Origin: Minutocellus sp. GHC0000111
Lineage: Eukaryota
Assembly: GCA_977018835.1 (NCBI GenBank)
Contig: OZ361259.1
Location: 1,798,001-1,862,000, forward strand
DNA length: 64,000 bases
Direction: 5' to 3'
Shown: positions 35,169-47,036 of the stretch, one piece after another
Layout of the letters: the number at the start of each line of letters is the position of its first letter
Position numbering within the stretch: the first letter of the stretch is position 1
Notes under the pieces: generated by a model
The model's input: only the letters and a program-made list of their open reading frames with translations
What the model was told of the DNA's origin: nothing
Databases searched by the model: none
Made by a program: the position numbers and the translations under genes

Positions 35169-35819
35169 ATGCTCTCCACCTCCACCACCCTGCTGGCCCG
35201 CGCCGCCACCCGATCGGCCGCCCGCCGAACGTACGCAGCTTCCGCTGCCGCTCTTGGTGATGCCGCCCACCGGCCTCCCCTCCAGCTCCACGGCCTGCAC
35301 GCCCGCTACGCCAACGCCGTCTACACCTCCGCCTCGAAATCCGGCCAGCTCGACAAGGTTGAGGGCGAGCTCCTCGCCATCGCCAACACGGCCGCCACCA
35401 GCCCGGCCTTTGTGCAGTTCCTGGAAAATCCCCTCATCTCCCGCGACGACAAGGAGAAGACCGTCACCGACATGCTCTCCGGAAAGGTGTCCGACGTCAC
35501 CCTCAACCTCATGACGACGTTGGCCGGCAACGCCCGCCTCTCCGAGGCACCCAAGATCGTCGACACGTACAGCCAGCTCATGAAGGCCAGCCGCGGCGAG
35601 GTCAGCGCTACCATCATCAGCGCCGACCCGCTGACCAAGGCCCAGACCGACGCCGTCGCGTCCGCCATGAAGAACCAGGTCGGCAAGGGCAAGAAGGTCG
35701 TTCTGAGTACCGAGGTCGACCCCTCCATCCTCGGTGGACTGCAGGTGCAGATTGGGGATCCGTTCCTCGACCTTAGTGTGAAGAGCCGGATCGATGAGCT
35801 TGCCCGCACCGCGGTGTAA
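35169..35819 (+). CDS. ATP5PO: Mitochondrial ATP synthase subunit O (OSCP/delta)
   Basis: PPLQLHGLHARYANAVY, FLENP, VDPSILGGLQVQIGD..LDLSV; mitochondrial presequence from ATG 35169. Confidence 0.93.
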   Translation: MLSTSTTLLARAATRSAARRTYAASAAALGDAAHRPPLQLHGLHARYANAVYTSASKSGQLDKVEGELLAIANTAATSPAFVQFLENPLISRDDKEKTVTDMLSGKVSDVTLNLMTTLAGNARLSEAPKIVDTYSQLMKASRGEVSATIISADPLTKAQTDAVASAMKNQVGKGKKVVLSTEVDPSILGGLQVQIGDPFLDLSVKSRIDELARTAV

Positions 35820-36692
35820 ATTTGCTGCCTCGGATGTTGTTCTTGAGAGACGGAGCGAGTTTTCTTGATTGGGAGGGAGCGGACAAAAGAATGGAATGGA
35901 AAGGAAAGTTTTTTTCCCCGGAGTTGGTTAGATCAGCCACGTGAGATTTTCTATCGCGCAGTATATTGCATTCGAGGTTGCGAGGGCCGATGTCTTGGAA
36001 CCTCTGCACGGTCGCCGGAGTCGGCTGCCCGATGCACTGTTCCGATCACTTTTTTGGATGGGTGGAAGAATATGAATGGAATTCGTAACTATATTTTAAT
36101 TCTTTTACCTTGCTTGATCAGTGCAGCTACAGCTATTCAATATGAAAATTTGTGAAGGTGCCATAATTGGATCTACCACTGAATAGGATGTCCGATCTGT
36201 TTGTGATTGTTTGCAACGGTGTTCCGATGTGTGTCTCATCAAGATAACATCCGATGGCCACATCATTGTTCATTGGTGAGCGAATCATTTGCAGCAGCAT
36301 TAGGATGCAGCAATGTGAAAGAGCGGATCTCGGAGAGACTTCGGTTGTGAAAAAGAGAAATTTTCGACTTCTTTTTTTTACCTCAAAATTTATATTTGGA
36401 CCCAATTCCTGACCGGAATCTCGGGAAAAAATGAACAAGGCCAACACCCTTATCTGTTTTATGCACGAAATAAGCAATCTGCGAAACCCTCGTTCATTTT
36501 TTTCCAGGCAGTGGATCGCTCAGAATCTGGATTTCCGTGTCAGGCCCTTATGGCCCAAAATTCTCTTTTTCAAACCGAAAACCTCTCCTAGCTACGCACG
36601 TAGAAATGCGCCGCTTCAAGAAGCCGAATGCAGAGCTATGGTAAGTTCTACTGAATACAAATGATTTTTGAGTAATCCTAATGATTTATATA

Positions 36693-37306
36693 TATGTTAG
36701 TCCCAAAATGCGCACTGTCCCAGTTCGCGAACTGGGATCCCAGTTTGCGAACTGAGATTCATTTATCCCAGTTTGCGCACTGGGCCCCAGTTCCCAAACT
36801 AGGATCTCAGTTTGCGCACTGATACTACCAGAATGGAAACTGAGATAAACACGCCAATCCGAATTTGGGAACCAGACGAGTTCGCGAACTGGAACAAAAA
36901 TGAATGCCAGTTTGGAAACTGGCATTCTCGGCAAGTGTCAGAATGGTAACTGCCGGTGTTGGCTCATGCACAATGATTATGTGCTGGTAGATCTATCTAC
37001 AATACAAGTTGCACTGTGCATCATATCTTGAATTTGCAAGCTACATGTACTGGTGCAGTAGCAACATGATGCCGGCATAGCACAGATGCATGTACAGTTC
37101 ATGACTTATATTTGCCAGAAGCAGCTAGCTTGATATTCGGATTGGCGTGTTTATCTCAGTTTCCATTCTGGTAGTATCAGTGCGCAAACTGAGATCCTAG
37201 TTTGGGAACTGGGGCCCAGTGCGCAAACTGGGATAAATAAATCCTAGTTCGCAAACTGGGATCCCAGTTCGCCAACTGGGACAGTGCGCATTTTGGGACT
37301 AACATA
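36693..37306. mobile_element. MITE family A, copy 2
   Basis: The first ~435 bp are near-identical to 1977 onward. The TIR is extended to ~170 bp. TA flanks; directly abuts the mariner-like element. Confidence 0.92.
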
Positions 37307-37508
37307 TACGAAGTCCGTTTCGCGAGAAATCGAGCGCAGGGTCGGGACCAAAACAGCGACTTTTTGGGCCCGCAACCGCCTGAATCTTAGATCTACCGGC
37401 ATTGAATACATGTACAATGCAAAGTACATGTATTGCAGCAGCTAGTATCCAGATCTACAATCCAATCTAGTATTATTAAACACAATATAACTTAAAAGCA
37501 CCGCAGGA

Positions 37509-38930
37509 CTAATTATCCATGGTTGGATCAGCAGGAGGAGGAGCGATAATTTTCCCATCTATCCGAACCATGCCATTTTCAGTCGGCCTGAAATCCTTTC
37601 GCACCCCAACATGAATGCCTTCACCGTTTCCAAGAAAATCATTGTTGCCTTTTGCAACGATTACCTTCTTTGCAATTCTATGAGCCTGGATGTATGCCGA
37701 TGCGATCTTCCAGTTTTCCAGCCCCATCCAAACTTCCTCCGCTGCATCCCAAGTCTGATCCTCTGTCAAAACCTTCAGCCCCTCCCGATCGCGGCACAAC
37801 ATTGTATGCTGCTTTGACATGCAAGGGAAAACAGACAGATCAAGAACATTCATATGGGGCATTTGCGGGGCCTGAGGTTCCCAACGCCATCCCTTGTCCC
37901 GACAGTATCCTTCCACATATTCCACAAATTCAGTCTCGGCATGGGGCCCAGCATTGTCGCCCTGGAAAATAGGGACATAGCCTTCAAACTTTCCGCCAGG
38001 TCCGACCAAAGCCTCAACATCCGGAAATATCTTGTTCTCAAACAAAGCTTTCAGTGGGAACTTGGGATTATCAAGGGTGCCATGGCTGCATCCAGTCACC
38101 GCGCAATCCACAAGGTATAGATCGTCTTTCTTCCGAACCACCGGGCCGCAATATTTGATTCTACCATCTGCCTGCCGCACCGCCTCCCTTACCATCTGCC
38201 TCGCAATTTTATGCGCCTGAGCCCGAAAAAGTCCAAGCTTGAACGCAATGCCGCCATTCTCAATGCTGTCAATAAAAGCCAAGGCAGTGACAGCCACCAC
38301 CATGCACTTGTTGATGTGATTTCGGTGATATGCCGAGAAGGACCGAGGATCAATACCCAATTCTGCAACTTGCTTGGCATACGATCGAAGAACCAAGCCC
38401 CAAAACCACTTCTCATCGAACATAACAAGGAGAAACTTGCCACCGCCGAGCCCCCAATTGTTTCGGAATTTCCGCGCAAATGCCAAATGTTTCTCCATCT
38501 GATGTGTAGTAAGGAGAGGGATGATCCTTTCGGCATAGTACCGGAACCCTTCCCGCGACATTATCCACCCTAACGAGTAGGAACACCAAAAGTTGACATC
38601 CACCTCCAGCTCCCGCCAAGATTCCCGAGGATTTCGTATCAGAGCATCAACAATAACATCTCGAATGTATGGCTGCATAGCCAGATGAGATCTCCTCTTC
38701 ATCTCCCACATCGCCTTCTCAGATGCAGGTAGAGCACCATACGCCTTCATCCATCCCGAAAATCGTGCACCATGCTCTGCGCTGGACAGCACCGAATAGT
38801 CCACCTTTGCCTGCTCCCTGCACTTAGCAATTGCAAAGAGACATGGTGCAGTATACCGCCGGGTCGCCGTTGCAAGATCGTCGATGACAGAACGGAAGGC
38901 GGCCGAATCAGATGAATCATCGGCACTCGT
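37509..38930 (-). CDS. Mariner-like DD38D transposase (true start unresolved)
   Basis: FDEKWFW, QGDNAGPH and PQMPHMNVLDLSVF resemble the plant DD39D mariner motifs. I count 38 residues between the 2nd and 3rd Asp. The ORF-track start at 39227 is a GTG overlapping an antisense ORF. Confidence 0.85.
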   Translation of the reverse strand, partial: TSADDSSDSAAFRSVIDDLATATRRYTAPCLFAIAKCREQAKVDYSVLSSAEHGARFSGWMKAYGALPASEKAMWEMKRRSHLAMQPYIRDVIVDALIRNPRESWRELEVDVNFWCSYSLGWIMSREGFRYYAERIIPLLTTHQMEKHLAFARKFRNNWGLGGGKFLLVMFDEKWFWGLVLRSYAKQVAELGIDPRSFSAYHRNHINKCMVVAVTALAFIDSIENGGIAFKLGLFRAQAHKIARQMVREAVRQADGRIKYCGPVVRKKDDLYLVDCAVTGCSHGTLDNPKFPLKALFENKIFPDVEALVGPGGKFEGYVPIFQGDNAGPHAETEFVEYVEGYCRDKGWRWEPQAPQMPHMNVLDLSVFPCMSKQHTMLCRDREGLKVLTEDQTWDAAEEVWMGLENWKIASAYIQAHRIAKKVIVAKGNNDFLGNGEGIHVGVRKDFRPTENGMVRIDGKIIAPPPADPTMDN

Positions 38931-38975
38931 TGGGAAGCAGTATACCGGTCCAAGTATGCCGATCGCGTCATCGAA

Positions 38976-39425
38976 ATGCTCAGCTTCGACTTCCGCCCGA
39001 GACACAAATGGATTGAACACATGCTCACCGCTGTCTTGGCCATCATCATTGACCAGGAGAAAACTCTCAAGATTGACGGGCCCGAGGATTTTGAGAAGCA
39101 CATGCTCCTCAATGTCGTCAGTCGACTCGTCTGCCGGGCGATAAGGGCCGAGAACATGCCCCTCGACATGGATGATGTCGTGGCAATAACTGAATCGGTG
39201 TACGACAAGGCCGCGGAGATGTTCCACTCCTCAGTTACCTTCATCTACAAGTTCAACGGCGTGAAGCGGGAGCTAAAGAAGCTCAAGCTCATCCCGGATT
39301 GGCTGTGGTGCGAGATCCGGGACGAATGCATCGTACTGCCGATCCGAGGCGAGTATCATGCCATCGTTCAAGATGAAGACGAGATGGAGGCCGAACCGTC
39401 GCGTCGCACGAACGCGTCCATTTGA
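38976..39425 (+). CDS. Unknown protein or fragment inside the transposon, antisense to the transposase
   Basis: 149-aa ORF with protein-like amphipathic composition. The frame stays open upstream to ~38915 (WEAVYRSKYADRVIEM...). An AT-rich 3' region precedes the right TIR. Confidence 0.45.
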   Translation: MLSFDFRPRHKWIEHMLTAVLAIIIDQEKTLKIDGPEDFEKHMLLNVVSRLVCRAIRAENMPLDMDDVVAITESVYDKAAEMFHSSVTFIYKFNGVKRELKKLKLIPDWLWCEIRDECIVLPIRGEYHAIVQDEDEMEAEPSRRTNASI

Positions 39426-39761
39426 TTAGAGCCGCTGAAATCTAAAGTCTTATCCGAATTATTGTTTCACATGAAGATAAATCAAAATTAGAGTAAAAAT
39501 AGCCATTTTCTTAAATATTTCAGCATGACTATTCTTCGAGGCGCTTTTCAATCCCCTCGAAAGCAGTCAAAAACCGGGCGCTCGATTTCTCGCGAATCTG
39601 ACCTCGTATGTATACACATGATTTCCAAACAGTCACGTTCTCTGCATGCACTTTTTTTCTTTTGCTTGAATCGTTACCGGTGTTGTTGTTGCATGATGGA
39701 CTGATAAAGTAGTAGTACAAAAATGGTGATGGTGTCCCCAGGCTTAGCTTGCGTGCTTCCT

Positions 39762-42700
39762 TTACGCCACATGTCCCTTGTTGTTGTCGAGATAATGATT
39801 TGGCGAGTTGTCCGAAATGGAGTGGTCGGTCTCATAGGAGAGACGACGGCCATCGGAAGTTGCCATCTTGCTCACGCGGACAGCGGGGATGGCCTTGGTA
39901 ACAAGAAGGCCGACGGCAGCGACACCAATCACTCCTGCGACGGTGACACCAGCAATGAGGCCGGCGTTCATCGAGGAGGACTCGGAGTTGGCGGGGGCGA
40001 GAGAAACCTTGACGGAGAACTCTTCCTCGGCCTCGTTGAGCTTCCTCTCCTCGTCCGACTTGGCAGGAGGAGCAATGGCACGGATGGAAGCCTCGGCGGT
40101 GCGGCGGCGATTGACATCAGCGTTCTGGGTAAAGTCATAGACCAGAGTTCCCTCGCAATCAACAGTACTTGCGGTCGTGCCAAAGAAGGCAGAAGGAAGG
40201 TTGGTAGAGACAACAACCATGCGGTCATTGTCACCGACCAGGGCACCATTGTCGAAGATGTCAACGGAAGTGAGACCGTCCTGAGACCTGACAAAGTCAA
40301 GAACAGGGGTGTGGCTGAGAGTTCCCTGGGTGCAGGTGAACATCTTGAGGTCGGTCATTCGGACGTAGGCAGGGACAGTTGAAGGATCCGCAAATCGAAC
40401 GCAGACGTTCATGGCATCGTCCTGCTTGACGAACTCATCGTTGAGGTCGGTGCTATCGTCATCGGCAACGCACTTATATTGAAAGTCCTCTCCCTGGCAA
40501 TGGCAAGCAGCGAGAGGACACTGGATGTCTATCTGAGTCTCCTCGGTGGTAGCCTCGTTGCGCTTGACCTCGGTGTCGGAAACCTTGAAGCCCTGCGTCA
40601 TGTCGATCTTCACAATGGTCTTGAGCTCCATGAAGTTGACGGACTCCTCGTTGTCGGAATACAGATCAACACGAAGGCAGAACTCGATGCTGGCCTCATC
40701 AAAGGGCGGCTGGATCTTCCAGATCTCCGATCCAACGAGGCCGTCGGGATTGATCTCGACGTCGACGTAGAATGGCTGGGAGCCCTCGGGAATGTTCTTG
40801 TCACCGGCAAGATTCTCTCCCGAAAGGGTCTCCTCGGCGAACTGGCCAACGCCGCGGATGACGGCGGCAGGGAGAAGCCGTTTAGTTGGATCGGTTTCAG
40901 TGGCACTATCATCGAACTTCTTGGTGCAACTGTAGTCAAAGACCGTCGCCTTGATGAGCTCGTTGGCTGTGCCTTCATCATAAGTGTTGACTAACGCGCT
41001 TGCGGCCTTGTCAGTGATGTTTTGGAGATAAGGAGGAGAGGCGACACCACGAGACTCTTGGACGTCCCAAAGGAGCTTGGGAGTAGTGAAGAGAATCTGA
41101 AGGTCCGGGTTGGCATCACCGTCTTCATCGGTAATCCCATCGAGACTGTTATCATCCTCGGTGGTGTTGGTAGTAACATCGACGAAGTTGATGTCCCAGG
41201 CGGCGGGGAGGGTGACGATGCAGCCAAAGGTATCTCTACTGATGAGACCTGAAACATCGACGGCCTTACCGGCAGGGTCAAGGCCCTTGAAGTAGTTGAC
41301 CTCGACTGGGGTGGAGTAGGGGCAACGATCGCGGCCGTCGTCGACTCCATCGCCGTCGGTGTCGACCGAGCAGCCCATGCCAGTCTCAGTAGCTTCGACG
41401 GGACTGTCGGTGGCACTGGGAGCATAGGCATTGGTCACGTCCACAAACTTGGGCGTTCCATCGCAGTTGTCGTACGCAACGTTGCAGCAGTTGGTTGCGA
41501 ATGCAACGGCACTGGTAGGCTCGACAGCAGTGGAGTGACAAGCATCAGAACTGATGTGACCAAGGGTGAAAGGCCAAGTGGGGAGCACGGCAGATGTGGT
41601 GAGAACGCTGTTGTCGCCACCAACGTCACTGGCACAGTCGCTGACGCCGTCGCCGTCGCTATCGATGGGGCATCCGTCCTCGTTGATGCACCCTCCAACG
41701 TCGGGGCACTGCGTTTGGTGAAGTCACAGAAGATGAGCGCAGCACAGATGAGGAGAATGGTTGGCATAGGTCGTGAAGAAGTAGAAGAAGAGATTCAATC
41801 TGCTCAATTTCTCTTACCTGATCAATTCCATTGGCAACACCGTCACCGTCGTCATCCTTGGGGCATCCAAGAACGCCATCGGTTGAGTTGCTACCTGCCG
41901 TGTAGCCATCGTCAGAAGCCTTGTAGACGACTGCATGCTCGTCATGAATGTCGTTGGCACTGTGGATGGTGCCGTCACACATGTCGATACCGTCAAAGAC
42001 TCCGTCCTGATCGCTGTCGAGGGGGCAGCCGACGCGATCGACAACGACGACGCCGTCGATGTTCAGGTCGTTGCATGCGGCATTATCCTCTGCTTCGAGC
42101 CAGCCTTGTTCGTCACGGTTGCATGCATTTTCCTGATAGGGATCGGTAGTGTCCTGGTTGGGGTAGGCACAGCTGTCGCACAAATCGACCGTATCGGGCA
42201 CGAAGTCACCGTCGCGGTCGGGACAGCCAAGGATGGTGAGCCATTTCTTAGGGCCGGGCTGCCAGTATCCTAGAGAAGCGGGCATGTTGTGAGTGGTGCC
42301 AGAAGCACCTTCCAGCTTCCGAGTGTAGGTAAAGACGGCGCTACCGGGGTTGACGGGGCAGTAATCGAGGTAGTCGGGCATGCCATCGAGGTCGGGGCAG
42401 CCATGGGTCGTTGTGAGGTTATGAATCGTGATGTTGCCATTGGGAGCGTAGGTACCTGGGCAACGATCGAAGCAATCGGGCACACCATCGAGATCGGTGT
42501 CGAAGGGCTTGCAAGTGGCGGGATCATCACCAGGGTCAGGGCAGCCAGAGTAGCATCTGCCGCCTTGAGAGTTATCGTTGATGGCCACAGCAGTACAGAC
42601 ATTGTTCTCGTCGTCCCAGACGCAGCCGGGGCACTGATCGAAGATGTCGGGGATGCCGTCCTTGTCTGCAAGGGCAATGATGAGAGAAAGGGAGCATTTG

Positions 42701-44455
42701 GTTGTTAGGTATGATGTTGAGGGGCAAGAAGAAAATGAAAATAAGAAACACGAAGATTGACTTACCGAAGTCAGGGCATCCGTTGTAGTCGAGGTTGCGA
42801 TCGAGATCAATGAGATCGTTATTCGAAGCGTCGGTCCACTTATCTTTGGTCCAGGCATGGTTGTAACGGATGCCAGGGACGAAGGGGCAGCGATCCTCAC
42901 AGTCGCGAATGCCGTCACCATCGGTGTCGAGGATGTTACCTAGCTCGTCAGTCTCGGGGCAGCCCGAGGGGCAAAAGTCCTGCGGACCAGGATCAGTAAA
43001 GTTGGTCCAGACATCCTGGTCATCGGCATATGCCACGCCACCGACCGAGGTGGAGGTCTTGAAACCCTGAGCACGACGGACACGACGAAGGCCCATCTGG
43101 GTGGGACAGGCGTCGAACTTGTCGGGGATGAGATCACCGTCAGAGTCGCCGTAGACGAACTCGTCGAAGGGATCCTGGTAGGGGTTGGCGGTGTCGGGGG
43201 TCAAGATCTCCGGGATGAGGTTGTTGGCCTCGGTGGCGATCTTGGCGGTGTTGGAGGCGTTGGAGGCGCTGGTCTGCTCGGCGGTGGCCTGACCAACGCA
43301 CAGGGCGTCGCCGGGGTCGTCGCAGGCACTCACATCGTCGCAGACATCGGTCATGTTGCCGTTGGCATACTGCTGGGCCAAGTTGGCATCGTTCTTGGCG
43401 GTTTCAGCCACGCCCTTGGCAGTCACAGCCTCCTGGTAGGCATCCTCGGCGGCACTCTCAAGACGTTCCCGTTCGGCGGCGGTGCCGTCGAGGGCATTGG
43501 CGGCGTTCCGGTCGGCCAGCTTCTGCTCCTCGTAGTTGACAGCCTGGTTGTACTCGAAGGTGGCCCGGTTGTACTCGGCGAGGGTCTCGTTGTACAGAGC
43601 CGTGGCAGCCGTACAGGCGTCGGTGGTTTCGACGAACTGGCACTGCTTCTCCTCGTACTCTTTCTTGGCATTGAGGTAGGTGTCGAGGATGCCAATGGCA
43701 TCGTCGATCTTTTGCGAGGCGGTGCCGAGGGTCTGCTGCTCGCCCAGGACAGGGGCGAGGCGGGTGCAGCCGTCGGTGCTCTCGGGCTGCTTGGCACCGT
43801 CACCCTTGTACCCGTCGTTGCAGGCGCAGGAGTGCTTGCCGGCGCCAGCGCCAAGGTAGTTCTCGAAGCAAGAGGCATCCGGGCTGATGCAGGCGGCCTC
43901 GCAATCGACCAAAGTGCCGCCAATCACACCGACTGGAGTGGCCGGACAGCCGGAGCCGCCCGAGAAGAGGGTCTTGCCGTCACCGCCGTCATCGTTTTGA
44001 TTGACACTGTTGGCTGCACTTCCTTCGGTGCCGGCAGGACAGGGGCAGGTGTAGAGATCACCGTCAGCGACGGGAGATGTCACGTCGACGCATATGGTGC
44101 CCTCATCGTTGCCGCCGTTTGTAGAGGAAACGGCGATGCAGTCGTTGAGGGTGTTGTCTTCGCATTCGTTGATGTTGTTGCAGCCGGTGTTGCCGTCAGC
44201 TTTCTTGAGACCGTCGCCGGTGTAGCCGGGAAGGCAGATGCAGTAGTCAATGCCGGTGCCGGCGTAGTCCTCCTCGCAATAGGCACCGGCGGCGCAATCG
44301 GTCGCTTGGCTGGCCACTGTACAATCCTTGGCGGATCCACCGTTGGGCAAAAAGTCGGTGTTGGTCGTCGAGGTCTGAGCTCCGACACGCCCAGGGAGGA
44401 CGGACATGGCCACAACGGCGGCCAGGACCGCGGGCACCTGGTGGGCGAACTTCAT
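39762..44455 (-). CDS. Type I membrane protein (~1494 aa): EGF-like, coiled-coil, TSP3-like Ca-binding repeats, C-terminal beta-rich domain, TM; exons 44455-42766, 42665-41818, 41708-39762
   Basis: Signal peptide; CICLPGYTGDG and NINECED (Ca-EGF-like); many DxDxDGxxDxxDxCP...GCP repeats; RRR/RKL sites, then the TM AGLIAGVTVAGVIGVAAVGLLV. The spliced length (4485 nt) is in frame. Confidence 0.85.
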
Positions 44456-47036
44456 GACTCTTCAGCAAATCGAATCAAGGATAGGAGAAGGTATCGAGAC
44501 GACTGACTCGTCGGAGGGAAAGAATGGGGAGATGGGAAGATTCACCGACGAAAGGGATGATTATTTTGTGCTAAGCCTTGAGGTGCAGTTCGTCGGTCGG
44601 AAGAAAGACTGAAAGTCGAGTCGGGACGAACAAGATAAAACGATACGCAGGGTTGGAAGGTGCCGAGAGGGCAATGGTGGAACTAAATCGGTTAGAATTC
44701 ACCTTCAATGTTCGTGAATGCAAGTTCGAACACATAACATACACGAAATATATCGTCGGAAAGGGGGGGAAAAATCGGAAAAAAAAATGGAATGACCGCT
44801 CCAGAGACCTCTCGGTACCGACCCACCGACCGGATACCCACCCCAAACGACCCTCCGCACTTGTTGGGGAGGTATTGGGGTGCAATTGGGGCGGTCGCAG
44901 CGGCGGCAACCATAAATGACCACCGCATGCCGGCGGTAATGGGGGGGGGAAATCAACCAAGCACAAAATGGCCTCCGGGCAGAAAATGCGCACGGCGGTG
45001 TCGGATACTTCCGCACCCCCCGGCGGAACCACCAGCTGCACATCTTCCAACTAAATAGAGATATGTGCTTTTGATGGTTGTTCCGCTGGTGAAGGGCGGG
45101 TACCCGGCCGACCGAACGCTGGGTGCCCGACAAAGCCCGGACCGGCCCATGTCCGAAAACTGCACAGCGAAACCGCCGTCACCGCCCCCGGCACTTTGGG
45201 CAAAAAAGCGAAGCGGAAGTTTCAGCGAGCGAACCACCCAAGTTCCGACCGCACCTCCGCACCTCTTCCTGGGTAGCTGTCACCTCCGCCATTCTTCGTC
45301 AAGACTTACCCTTCAACGGTTTGGAATTTGTGGCAACCCGCACACTAAACAGCTCACACAAAAGACTGGCTATTTGTTGGTGGGGAAACAGGCCGAGTGG
45401 CAGGACTGTGCCGGCCTCTGAGGTGGCAGTTGCGTTTCGTGTGTGTGTGGCTTTTGAGGGCCACGATTGCGTCGGATGCTTGTTCTTCGCTCCGTTTTTT
45501 CCGGATGCATGGACAGACTTTCGGAAACCCGTCGCTGATTCCTCAGGCCCTTTTCTTTTACATCCACGTCATTTCGATAGAGCGGAAGTTGAGGGGTATC
45601 TGTTGCGGCTTGTTTTTCAGAGACATCGGCGAGGCCCGATTTCGCCGCGGAAACCACTTTTGACCGTAATGACCCGCACAAAAGAGGGAAAGAGGGCAAC
45701 GCACAAAAGAGCGCCTTCAGTTGCCTGCCTCAAGGCCCTTGCCTGCCTGCCTGCGCTATTGACCATTGCAACAGCCCAAACAACGGCATGCATCCATCCG
45801 TATGATGATTCATTATATCAATCGGTGAATGTCCATGCGTTGGTGTGATCATGTACGTACCATGTCATGGCATGGACCCCCACCAAGACGATGACAAAAA
45901 TGCAGCAGCGGGCGGACAGGGAGCCGCTGGCTGCGCCATGACGCCATGACGCCATGACGCTGCTGCATGGCTGCCGGCAGCTCGTCAAGAGCAGGGAGAT
46001 GACAGTCGAGTCGAGCTGGGCCCAACCCGGCGTGCAATGCCAATGCAGCCCATGCCGCAGTTTCCGCCGACGGAGGAATGGTGATCAGCTAGACTCTGGC
46101 ATATATGTGAATACATACACGGGCACGAGCGGTCGCGACGGCCCCAGTTCTCTGCCGCGGGTAGCAGGGCTTTGGTGGCAACGGCGTGTGTGTATTTCTG
46201 GCGCCACCCGCCAGACCACACCGGAAAGGTGGCGATGGGTGCTGCCAACTGTGCAAGCGAGACAATAATGGCGGGCGATCATCCATGTCAGGCAAGTGAG
46301 GAAGGAAGGCGATCTATACGACCATTTTTTCGTCTCAGCTGGGCGCAAAATGGGAAAGGCGGGGCGGTTCGGAGGCCCGGGTACACACGCCATGTATGTA
46401 TTGGGCGGGATTGGAATAGTGATCAATCCCTCTTTGGGAAGGTCACCGAGCGGCTTTGCTTCGCGTTGCATCAATTAATTTATTTTGGAGAGCAGCATCA
46501 TTCCTTCGAAGGCCCCGTTCCAGCCCTGGCGTTGCCGCCCGGCAATTTATTCGGCAATGAGGAGCGAGTGCATTTTCTAATTTCCACCGATCCTTGATTT
46601 ATTTTTCACTATTGCAACGAAAATCGACGGGCATGGGTATGTGCCATGCCGGTGCCTTACCTTTGATCGTCGATAAGGATCTCCGGTTTGATGGCACCAG
46701 GACATGGCGGGGCCCAATCTCTGCTATTCTACGTAGCTCATTACTGCAGCTACGCTACTTGCTACGAAGCTAGCCATGTACTAATGAGGAGGACCAGAGG
46801 ATTTGCTACACCGCGGAAAGGTTCTGCTACGTACCTAGCTACAAGGAATAAAATAAGCACAAGTGAATTGAATTTGCCCTAATGATTATTCTCTAATATA
46901 TACAATGGTTTCCTAATAGTATGCATCTTTTTCTGACTTTTGTTCTTGTTGTTGTTGGGTTGTTGTTGTTGTTGTATCAATGGAGAAAGTTATACAAAAT
47001 TGAAGAGTGACGTGTCCCCAAGCGACATCACACGCT

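Larger units (their letters stand above)
37309..39606 (-). mobile_element. Tc1/mariner-superfamily DNA transposon
   Basis: 29-bp TIRs at 37309-37337 (CGAAGTCCGTTTCGCGAGAAATCGAGCGC) and 39578-39606, 26/29 match. TA target-site duplication at 37307-37308 and 39607-39608. Encodes a transposase. Confidence 0.92.

Noticed and set aside
38931..39227. N-terminal ~100 aa of the 572-aa transposase ORF
   Set aside because: Starts at GTG and overlaps a more protein-like plus-strand ORF; probably not translated.
44500..47000. ORFs between the tandem paralogs (e.g. 45123..45848)
   Set aside because: No recognisable domains or coding-like composition; treated as intergenic.
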